From: Atractiella rhizophila
Taxonomy: Eukaryota
DNA: 26,094 bases
Direction of reading: 5' to 3'
NCBI GenBank assembly: GCA_021432655.1
Contig: MU271323.1
Coordinates: 66,851-92,944, forward strand
The translations under genes were made by a program, and so were the position numbers. This document shows positions 1 through 9,558 of the stretch, piece by piece; positions within the stretch are counted from its first letter, which is position 1; every line of letters begins with the position of its first letter. The notes below the pieces were generated by a model that was not told where the DNA came from, did no database searches, and saw only the letters and a list, made by a program, of their open reading frames with translations.

Positions 1-714
1 GGTCCACATGAATTTGATGAATTTGCTCTGAGGAGAATGGGGCAGGCTGTTTTGTAGCTGGATGTTGTGTTAGGACGTTGTAGTTTCGAGCGGCCTCTCT
101 TGCCTCCTCAACTGCATTACGGCGATTTTTCCTCAAATTTTTGCTCATTGCCGGCTAGAATCGTATCTTAGCACTCCAGAAAACATATGTAATGTATAAA
201 ACACTTTAGCAACCCATTGTACTCAGTGAAAAGCAGAGTCACCGGAAGCAAGCAACTTTAAGGGGCAAGCAAAGGCTTAGAGTAGGGCAGCTCACCTTTC
301 AAGACTGGAAAGCTTATAAAATCGAAGCCAAGGACAAAGATATTGCTCCTCTCTCTCCTTTTCCGCCGCCGTTGGTTGTTGGTGCTGCTTGAGAAACGGG
401 ACAAGCACGTGAATAGAGAGTTAAATGACGAAAAATCAAGCTTGATGGATTGATAATGGGTTCGCTGGTGCGCTTTTTCCTTCCATTGTACTTCTTTTCC
501 TCTCATCTCAGAGGTCTTGTGCTTTGCTGTATTCTTGTCACGCTTGCACTTGCAGGATAATATTTTATGTTGAAGTTGACAGACTAAGGTACATCACACT
601 CGGTAGCTAACATTCTAACCTCAATTTGAGAGGGTCTACTGTCATTTTTGAGGGTCTACCATTTTTGACCAGGGTCTACCGAGGTGTCGCGAGGGTCTAC
701 CAATACACGCCATA
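1..714 (-). mobile_element. Inverted partial copy of the transposon 5' end, terminating in TATGGCGTGT (minus strand)
   Basis: Mirror of 789-1493 with four AGGGTCTAC boxes (631, 651, 671, 692). It ends in acacgccata (705-714), which matches the right terminus acaccccata (5305-5314) at 9/10 positions. Confidence 0.6.
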
Positions 715-769
715 GTGGTATGAGGGACACCAGTGGTATGAGGGACACCAGTGGTATGAGGGACACCAG
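714..769 (+). repeat. Three perfect tandem copies of 18-bp unit AGTGGTATGAGGGACACC
   Basis: Units at 714-731, 732-749 and 750-767, followed by AG; read directly. Confidence 0.95.
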
Positions 770-773
770 AACG

Positions 774-863
774 GTAGACCCTCAGGGATATTGGTAGACC
801 CTCGCGACACCTCGGTAGACCCTGGTCAAAAATGGTAGACCCTCAAAAATGACAGTAGACCCT
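774..863 (+). repeat. Left subterminal array: five GTAGACCCT boxes spaced 20-21 bp
   Basis: Boxes start at 774, 794, 815, 835 and 855. Confidence 0.9.
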
Positions 864-1345
864 CTCAAATTGAGGTTAGAATGTTAGCTACCGAGTGTGA
901 TGTACCTTAGTCTGTCAACTTCAACATAAAATATTATCCTGCAAGTGCAAGCGTGACAAGAATACAGCAAAGCACAAGACCTCTGAGATGAGAGGAAAAG
1001 AAGTACAATGGAAGGAAAAAGCGCACCAGCGAACCCATTATCAATCCATCAAGCTTGATTTTTCGTCATTTAACTCTCTATTCACGTGCTTGTCCCGTTT
1101 CTCAAGCAGCACCAACAACCAACGGCGGCGGAAAAGGAGAGAGAGGAGCAATATCTTTGTCCTTGGCTTCGATTTTATAAGCTTTCCAGTCTTGAAAGGT
1201 GAGCTGCCCTACTCTAAGCCTTTGCTTGCCCCTTAAAGTTGCTTGCTTCCGGTGACTCTGCTTTTCACTGAGTACAATGGGTTGCTAAAGTGTTTTATAC
1301 ATTACATATGTTTTCTGGAGTGCTAAGATACGATTCTAGCCGGCA

Positions 1346-3193
1346 ATGAGCAAAAATTTGAGGAAAAATCGCCGTAATGCAGTTGAGGAGGCAAGAGAGG
1401 CCGCTCGAAACTACAACGTCCTAACACAACATCCAGCTACAAAACAGCCTGCCCCATTCTCCTCAGAGCAAATTCATCAAATTCATGTGGACCTAGCTAT
1501 AGAAGTTCGGCCAGTGTTTGACTTCTGCCAGCTCCTTCGTGTTGATTATACTCCGAACCGATTCCTCGAGCTTCCCCATTATCTTAATCTTATAAACGAA
1601 GCAATCCAACAATATTCATCACTGAAGGAACAACTACCGCATGACTCTATATTCATACCAAACCTTTTACGCCTTAATGAGCTTCAAGACCAGCTGGCAC
1701 TTCTTGAGACGGGTGTGCATAGATTAGGCCCAAAGAAGTGTACATGGGTTATGGGAGAGAATGGACGAAAGGTGCTTGACATTGATCAAGATACAGTGGA
1801 ATTCTATCTGAAGGAAGCTTGGGATGATGAGTGAAGAGATTGCGACTGAGCTTGGTGTCTCTGAAAAAACTATCGATTGCCGGCGCAAGGAATGGGGATT
1901 GACACAAGACATTCTTAAGAATCCTGTCAGCGAAGACGTTCTCACCTATGTCATTTCAAAACTGTTATCCTCTGGCGATCGATACATTGGACTTCGAGGT
2001 ATTATTGGAGCCCTCAACAGTATGAAGGTCCCTTTTCGTCACCGAGTTCTACAAGCAGTTATGCGCCGCCTCAATCCTGTCGGCGTGGCAGAGCGATGGG
2101 GTGCCACAATAGAGAGGAGAGTTTATTCAGTTCCTTTCCCTATGTCTCTATGGCACATTGATGGTAGGTTCCTTTTCCCTTTATTCTTCACATAAGCTGA
2201 TATTCTAACAGGTTATGCAGCATTAATTAACTGGAAATTCATTGTTCATGGCAGAATTGACGGCAAAAGTCGCCTTATCGTTTACCTCAAGGTGGCCAAC
2301 AACAATCGAGCTGAAACTGTCCTAAGCTCATTCTGGACAGCCTGTAGGACGTGGGGTATTCCAAGTCGATGTCGAGCAGATTTTGGAGGGGAGAATACAT
2401 TAGTGAAGCTGTTTATGGAAGTTCTTAGAGGCACCGAGCGAGGTAACCACTTTTTGCTTCTTAACTATGGATGTTGAGTTATTGATTGTCCAGGTTCCAT
2501 GCTTCTTGGATCATCAACACGTAATCAGCGGATTGAACGACTTTGGAGAGACATCTGGAACTGGGTGATTCGAGGTTATTATGTTCTTTTTACTTTTATG
2601 GAAGAAACAGGTGTCCTAAATCGTGAAAATCCCCTTCATCTTTGGGCACTACATTATGTCTTTCTCCCTCGGATTCAGTCATCATTGGATCATTGCGTAC
2701 AAATGTGGAACAATCACCCCATGTCTAGAGAGGGGTAGCCGGACACCTTTACAAATTTATTATCGAGGTAGTCATTCATCCTTCTTTCAATACATGGACT
2801 GACAACTTATCCTATCTCCCATTTATAGGCTTGCTACATGCCAAAAATGCCGGCTTTTCAATTAATCTCGAAGATGAACAGATTGGGAGAAAGAATGATG
2901 ATCTGCAACCTGATATTCAGACTGCGCGCCTTACAGACTTTGCAGAATACGGTATTGATTACGAGTTTTTGCAACAGCGAGAGTGGAATGAAGAAGATCC
3001 TTACATTCACATTGGTCCGATCCCAGATTTCCTGACCACAGATGAATATACATGGCTAACTCATACTGTTCCGGTAGGAGGTAGAAGGGCTGATGATAGG
3101 ATGGGGCTTGGCCCTTATTTGGAGGTGATCGAATGCCTTGACATTATACGTGAGCATCAAAGGAGCTCATCTCAACTCATTAATCAATTGTAG
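1346..3193 (+). pseudogene. DDE transposase, integrase-core (IS3/IS481/IS3EU-like), spliced, two apparent +1 frameshifts
   Basis: HTH-like EEIATELGVSEKTI, then ERRVYSVPFPMSLWHIDG|YAALINWKFIVHGRIDGKSRL, GIPSRCRADFGGEN, SSTRNQRIERLWRD and WNNHPM. There are 34 residues between the second D and the E. GT-AG introns at 2164-2211, 2443-2493 and 2768-2828. Frameshifts at ~1816 (KE-LGMMSEE) and ~2733 (REG-SRTPLQ) could be sequencing errors. Confidence 0.85.
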
Positions 3194-3255
3194 CAATTTT
3201 CCGATACAGAATAAATAAATAATATCATTGCAGCTAATTGTTTAGTTATCACCAG

Positions 3256-4785
3256 TCAGAGTTCCTCCTCTTCATATGAGCCGTCTCGCAAGCGATCAAA
3301 GGCCCTGTGCGCTCTTCCTTCAAATGATGGGTACGCAATACGACCATAGGGGGTGCTGGCCTTTCTGATTTTGTCTGCCTCAGCATAGTCAACATCTTTA
3401 TCAGCGGCAATGAGTTGAATAATTGTCTCAGTAACCAGTGCCTGTTCAAGTAGGAAAAACTGCTTGTCCATCACTTCTTTTGACCGTGTCCCTCCCCTTT
3501 CAACTATAAGCCAGTTGGTCAGATGGTCAGTAATAACTTCTTCTCCTCATTTTCCATAACTGCGACAATTCACAATAAGCAAGCGGGAAAACTCGTAGAA
3601 CGGCAATCGTAGAACGGCATCATGTACTATCCCGGTCCATCATCTCCATTAACCACATTGGCCAATTTGATACCTGTCTTCCTACCCTCAACGCTCTTGT
3701 ATTGATCCTCTGCATTGTCGAGAAGCCGAGAGGGTGTCTTTTTGAGCAAGATATTGTTGAGATGGGGTTTGAGCTCGTTCACTCGGCTACGGCATGGTCA
3801 ACGACATTTGATAGAATTGAACAGACCTACATTGGTAAGTAGTTCCAATTGATACGCAGGTCCCACCCCATTTCCCTGGCAGAGACCTTCCACTTTGTCT
3901 CGTACTCATGCCGGTCACACACGCGGCGGGACTCTAAAAGAGCGGGGTGAAAAGCCTTCGGGGTTCCATAGGCGGAATCGCGGTCTTGCGCTTGTGGGTG
4001 AGCTCGACATGCTGCAACAATGTCATAGAACTTCTTCGAAAGCGGCGGAAGCTGTTCCTCGCAAACAGGGCAACGCTTTTGGTCTTCTTTACTCCTCACG
4101 TTCCCTTCATTCTTGCTTTCCAGATCATCATCACGAAGCTGATCTTCCTCATCATCCTCCAGATCTTCCTCAGCACCACCACCCTCTTGCTTATCACCAC
4201 AAAGCGGTTGAAGTGAGGAGCTGTAGGAAGTCTGGTGCGGGGTGGAGGGACGGAGGGAACAGGCAGACTGTTGGCGTTGCCAGCGGGCAGCCTTGGAAGT
4301 CAAAGCTTTGGGAGAGGCAATGACAAGGTCTGTTGACCCTTTTGGCTGCTCACCCACAATACAATCAATAAATTGGCATATGCCGAAACAAACTTGAAAA
4401 CTTACACAGGCCGCCTCATGCCTGGCTAAAAGGCTAGTTGGAAAGAACTCAAGGCAATGCTTGCATTGCAACTGAATCTCCTTTGCAGCAGGTTGAGATG
4501 CTTCATCTTCGAGACCATCTGAGAGAATCCCATTCTGGCGTAGAATGTATTCCTTGTCACCATCTGCAAACACCTGGGCCCTGACCGAAAAGATTCGTCC
4601 CGTAATCGCCGTTGTGACTCGGATGTACATCACCCGGTTGCTGAAGTTGAAGAAAGAGCGGCTTGGGAGTCGCATCTCGTTGCTGTGAAGCAAGAATTAC
4701 AGTTGATAGCAAGTGGAATAATAGAAGTACTCACCCTAAGTGCCTCACGGAGGATTTCGGTTGAGATATTGTCCAGATTGACCAT
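3256..4785 (-). pseudogene. RTC4-like domain protein with N-terminal Cys/His finger and acidic tract; one in-frame TGA
   Basis: Spliced translation gives CPVCEEQLP...VCDRHEYE...MGWDLRINWNYLPIRV...PGYYGK*GEEVI...QALVTETIIQLIAADKDVDYAEADKIRKASTPYG, matching the fungal RTC4-like motif series (C..H..E, GW..I.W, GYYG.RG, L..E...LI..D, S..YG). TGA at 3549-3547 lies where Arg (CGA) is expected. CKHC..H...C finger upstream. 5' exon structure and start are uncertain. Confidence 0.7.
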
Positions 4786-5204
4786 CTGGAATGAGAACAA
4801 AACGAAACTGAGCCAGAGAACGTGATGATCTCGAGCTGGAGCGCTGAGCGTTCTTTTATCGTTTGGTGGTGAGTGAGAGAGTCAAAATTTGATAGGAGAG
4901 GCGGACGGTTTGAGCGATTTGATTCCGCTTGTTGCCCATGTCTGTAAAAGCCGTGTAAAGTGGAACTGGGAGAGATTGGGAGGCAGAGGAAGTGAGACAG
5001 TGGTGAAGTAGACGCTCAAACAACTATTGAATGGGCGGACGGTGCAACGGTACCCGTAAAGGTAGCGTGAACCTTTACGGACCGTTACCGGCCGTTTATA
5101 CATAACTCACATGGAAGCCATGCCCGCCCACATCTTTGTTATCGTGCCTTGTCGCGCTTTGTTGCCCTTACAGGCTGTGTTTACATGCGAGTATTGCAAG
5201 ATAG

Positions 5205-5314
5205 AGGGTCTACTACATTGATGGAGGGTCTACTCAGCAACATGGAGGGTCTACCCTACACCGTCCTGGGTCTACTTAAATTTTCAGGGTAGCTGACCCT
5301 TGTCACACCCCATA
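5205..5314 (+). repeat. Right subterminal array of AGGGTCTAC boxes and CCATA terminus
   Basis: Boxes at 5205, 5225, 5246 and 5267 (TGGGTCTAC), a degenerate box at 5286 (AGGGTagctgACCCT), and CCATA at 5310-5314. Confidence 0.88.
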
Positions 5315-5821
5315 GCCGTGAACACATGAATTATGTCAGGTGATGCCCAGTGAGGCAAACTTTTTGTGCAATCATCATCCGAGAACAGTTCCTTATCCTT
5401 AGGAGCCAATGTCGGGTTTGCACATATCTATAGAATAGCACCGTATGAAGTTATTCAACGGGTGGCGGAGTTGAGTTGAGTTGAGTTCCAAGCTTTTCCA
5501 AGAGCTGGCGACTCTTGTCTGCTTCGTGCAAACATCTCGAACTCTTTACTTCAGAAGCTTACGACGTTCGGCTCTGGGCATGAAAGCCTACCTTCAACTA
5601 GTGTTATATACGCTGAAGATCAGCGTGGATGGAAAGAAGTGGTGTGTTCTTGGGACGAAGCAGAACGCGGTGAGACGGAATGTGTCCAGTCTTGAGCTTC
5701 TTGGCTCCAGCTGCCCGCTGAGCCAAGCGAAGGAGGTCATATAAAAGCCTTGCCTCGCTCTTCTGCTAGTGTTTTTCGCTAATCGATCTAATCCATACTG
5801 CTAATTTCGTCCCTCTTCAGA

Positions 5822-7161
5822 ATGTTGTCCTCCATCCTCATCGCATCCCTTCCTTTCGTCCCAGTTATCACCGCACAACGATACTCGGCCACATACCTCC
5901 CATCCTCTGTCCCAGCTCAAACTGAAGAAGGTCAGGCGGGCACGAACAGGTGCGAAGAGTGGGGAGAAAGCAGTCAGGATTCGTTGTGCCAAAATGCGTA
6001 CATCAACTCCCTCGAGGACTTCTGTATGTCTTATCCTTCTGCCCTAAAAGCAGCCGAGGGATAACACGAAATGGGAAACGTAGGTATTTGGGGACCTCCT
6101 TACTCCGACGGTGTGAATGCGACCATTGGAACTATCGAACGTGTTGCCGTCGCTTACTGCACAAGGCCTGGTCTGTCCCCTCCCCCCCTCCTTTGGAACT
6201 ACGTACTTAGCTAGCTCTCTTTTCGAAGGGTATGGAACGCGTCTCATTCCCGATGGCACCATCCTCGGCGCGCACTTCATTCAGACCGAAAACTACGTCC
6301 AAATCACTGGCGTCGTTTGTCTTCCTTCCTCCACTAACCTCGACATAGGCACTGAAGGTTTTGGATAGGGAGACTTCACCAAGATCGGTATCCCAGCTGG
6401 GGATTCAGGAGGAGAGATGGACCCTCACGGTGCAGACGGGAACGGAAACCCGATCGGAGGACTCGTCTTTTCTTCCGCCTTCGGACAGCTCCAGCAGGTC
6501 CATGAGTGGACCAACTTCCAGGGTGCGACAGAGTTCTGTTTGAGGGCTTGTAAGGATTCAGATCCCAGCGCGCCTCAGAGGTGCGAGCACATCTATGACG
6601 TGTTGGGCTGTCGTTGGAGTACGTCCTCCTTACTTCTCTGTCATTATGTGATGACTGACCTTGGCATTCAGATATCCCTGCTGGTTCGTTTTCTTCTTCA
6701 AACCACAAATTGGAGGTAGGAATGAATGAGGAGCTAACGATGGCGGATGGATGACAGACTACTCGTCCGGTACCTTTGACTCCTGCTCTGGCGACACGGC
6801 TCCCCTCCAAGGAATATACGGGTCCTCGACCTTCCATCAAGGAGATCCAGTGACGCCTGACCCGCACCCCATTCCCGCCTCCTCCAATTGTCGGGTCATC
6901 TCCGCCCTCCCCACCAACGGAGCAGCAGCTTGGGTACCCCCCGGTCAATCATCCTCATCTTCCACAACCACGACGACCTCTTCCTCTTCTACGCAGAGTG
7001 GATCCTCCCAGACAACAGGAACTGGTCAGGCCCAGCCGACGACCACTAGTGGTGCCGCGGGCAATAACGGGGGTAATTCCGCCGCGAATGGATTGAAGGG
7101 TGGTGGATTCGCAGTCGCTGTTTCCCTCGGCGGAGCAATGATGGCCGCTTTCTTCTTCTGA
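5822..7161 (+). CDS. Secreted, probably GPI-anchored mannoprotein, MP88 / macrophage-activating glycoprotein family; multi-exon
   Basis: Signal peptide, then CQNAYINSLEDFC|IWGPP, YGTRLIPDGTILGAHFIQTENYVQITG, GGEMDPHGADGNGNPIGGLVFS and EWTNF..FCLRAC...CEHIYDVLGC. Ends with a Ser/Thr-rich stalk and hydrophobic C-terminus. Confidence 0.8.
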
Positions 7162-7673
7162 AAGGACGTATGAGATTCGTTGTCGGAAGGTAGAGCATTC
7201 TTTTGGGTGGACGGATGGTGGAATGGATGGATCGTTTCGAGCGTATACATTCCAGCGATGGAGAATGTTCGTGAGCAGAACATTGTGACTTCACCTACAT
7301 ACACATTTCATGACGATTGAGATTGACTTTCATTGGATGCATTTCCATCACATTTCATCACACACTACACACATTCCTTCTCGACAGCTGATAGTAGTAA
7401 TCGAATCGATCCAGTCTTTACGTGTTTTAAATTCATCTCCATTTATTTTATTGGCTTCTTTCTCAGTAATTCTCATGTTTGTTCCTTCAATTCAGTTCTT
7501 TGAATTCAAAGCGTGCGGGTGCGAAGAGCAGAGAGTGAGGGTGTAGATATGTAAGGTGTAAGGGATGCGGTTTGGTTGGAAGATCTAACGTTGTCTGTCC
7601 TGTTGTCTGCCCTGTTGCAGGGAGCCTTTTCTTCACAACGTCTTTCCAAAAACATGTACAAGAAATTTGAAGA

Positions 7674-9003
7674 CTACGAGGATCCGTCGACCTGACTTCC
7701 ACTACTCTGGTCCATCGACGCGTTCTGGAGCTGGATTGACGAGCTGGAAGCCAAAGGACGGTAAGGTCTCCTGTAGGCGAAATCAGATTTTCCTCCGTCG
7801 ACATCTGAAAGAAGTACTCCAAAGGCTCCGCACCAGCTGCCAGACGATGGGCAGCAACCATGCTGCTCCAGTCATATCTGTCCGCTTCGTCCTTCGTCAC
7901 AGCCTTCGCGGTGAGAAAATGCGAGTGTGCCTGCGCGATATCGTATTAGCGCGCTCAATATATCGCAAGCAGATATCTAAAACTGACGCTTTCAATGACG
8001 GGTATCGGTGTATGATGTAGCGAAGAAAGCGCAAGAATATGTCTGTGCACTCCAACATTAGAAAATATCAGTGTCGAAGGAAGAGGTAGGGAACAGACTC
8101 GGAATCTTTGATTCCTCCCCATATTGGAAAGCCAACGTTGTCCTTGAAGTCATTCGAAACAAGTCTGTTGCCGTAGTTGAGGAATGTCGGAACAGGGAAG
8201 AATTCCTACGCCAATAAAATAAATCTTTTATGAACAGAAGAGCCAAGGTTAGCTCACTTTGATGAATTCGAAGAGGTTCTCTGCTCCAACTCCACTGCGA
8301 TCAGCAAGTGTCATCGCTGCTTCATCCTTCAGCACGCTTTCATAAAGTCAGGAGAGTGCTGACTCTGACCCAGCACATCTACGACACCAATGACAACTGC
8401 ATTTCCGGTCAACTTAAAGCTAGCCGCTCTCTCGACTTCTTCTCCCAGATCGAACGCTTTCCTCGCTACAGCCGGAACCAACAATTTCTCAACCGTCTTC
8501 CTCGCTTCTAATTCCCCAGATACGGCCACAAGTAACGCTGCTTTCTCTGCCAGTGTAGGAGGACCGAAGACTGGACAAGAGCAGAAGAAACGATTGGGGA
8601 CTGCAGTCGCCTCCTTGCCGAGTCTTGCGACTAAGGTGGGGAAGAGGGTCGAGGTATCCACGAATATTAGACGAGATTGAATGGATCGTGTTGCAGAGAA
8701 GAGAATGGAGTAAACCTCCTCGCCCACTTTGTCGTTCGCCAGAGAAGTGATGACTACATCACTCGTTTTGGCTAGTTCCTCGATGCTTGCGCAACGGATG
8801 GAGTGAGGATTCGCATTAACGAATTCAGTCAAGGCATGTGAATTTCGTGTCCAAACGCGCAGTGGAGGGTTCGAAGAAGCTTGGAGAGATTTTGAAAGGT
8901 TGGAAGCGATGGGGAATCCCATCTTACCCAGCCCTGCAACTTGTCAGCCAAAAGCAACTTCAGGAAAGGCATGCGGACCAATGAATCCAATCTTTTGCGC
9001 CAT
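7674..9003 (-). CDS. NAD(P)-binding dehydrogenase, 6-phosphogluconate/3-hydroxyisobutyrate dehydrogenase family; multi-exon
   Basis: MAQKIGFIG|LGKMGFPIASNL Rossmann motif, VWTR, DVVITSLAND, FVDTSTLFP, CPVFGPP, FKLTGN, GGIKD and DWSSM. The final exon is inferred. Confidence 0.85.
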
Positions 9004-9558
9004 CCCAATCAACTAATTGAATTACTACTAGTATATTCGTGCTTGTAAACGCCTGCTTTGTGAGGCTATGGAGGATACCTCAGGAAACAGGCGTTATGAA
9101 TGCCAGGACAGCGACCGATGACTGGGATCATGACGGGTGGATAGGCGGCACTTGACGGAAGTTCGAAAAGTTCCAGTGCGCGCACAGAAAACCAAAACAG
9201 GCATTTTCGGCTGGTCATGTCGCTCCTCATGGTGATCTTTAGACATCACGATGATTGCATCATGCCAGTGATGATACCCGGACATTCCCTCAGGGTTCTT
9301 CGCTTCTTCCTTCTTCACCTATCATGCAGACCTTGCACGGGCATCCCAAAGCCGTGAAAATTATGAGTTATGAGACTTGTGTAGATCATGTCAGCACAAC
9401 GGACAGGTGAGCAGAAACTTCGACTTTGAGATGGCCTCATCAACACGATAACCTAATCCAATGACGAAGAGCCTGAGAACTCCAGTTGAATCATGAATAG
9501 AGGATGTTGTCTTGTGGTCACGGTTGTTACTCCCAGTCCACATCTTCCGAAGAATCTT

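Larger units (their letters stand above)
1..1493. repeat. Long inverted repeat (palindrome): arms 1-705 and 789-1493, 83-bp spacer 706-788
   Basis: Position i pairs with 1494-i. Identical 82-aa ORFs lie at 258..506(-) and 988..1236(+). The window start ggtccacatgaatttgatg is the reverse complement of 1475-1493. Complementarity stops at caata(701-705)/tattg(789-793). Confidence 0.97.
755..5314 (+). mobile_element. IS3EU-like two-gene DNA transposon (left boundary uncertain)
   Basis: IS3/IS481-type DDE transposase plus a convergent second gene. The right end CCATA fits the TAYGG..CCRTA termini I recall for IS3EU. Inverted subterminal boxes: GTAGACCCT at 774/794/815/835/855 and (A/T)GGGTCTAC at 5205/5225/5246/5267. 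No target-site duplication found. Confidence 0.75.

Noticed and set aside
714..769. 18-bp repeat as a telomere repeat
   Set aside because: Only three copies, internal to a palindrome and unlike TTAGGG-type repeats; better explained as a reiterated element tip.
631..863. CRISPR-like array from regularly spaced short repeats
   Set aside because: Repeats are only 9 bp with ~11-bp gaps, there are no cas genes, the context is eukaryotic, and the boxes recur inverted at the far end of the transposon.
988..1236. 82-aa ORF (and mirror at 258-506) as a gene
   Set aside because: No recognisable motif. The duplication merely reflects the palindrome, and the 3' part looks like an intron (gtgagc..taaag) in the transposase leader.
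3593..3619. TCGTAGAACGGCA tandem duplicate
   Set aside because: Lies within a predicted intron; simple slippage duplication.
5315..5320. 6-bp target-site duplication GCCGTG
   Set aside because: No matching hexamer next to any candidate left terminus (719, 737, 755).
6376..7304. Long antisense ORFs over the mannoprotein gene
   Set aside because: Shadow frames of a GC-rich, low-complexity coding region.
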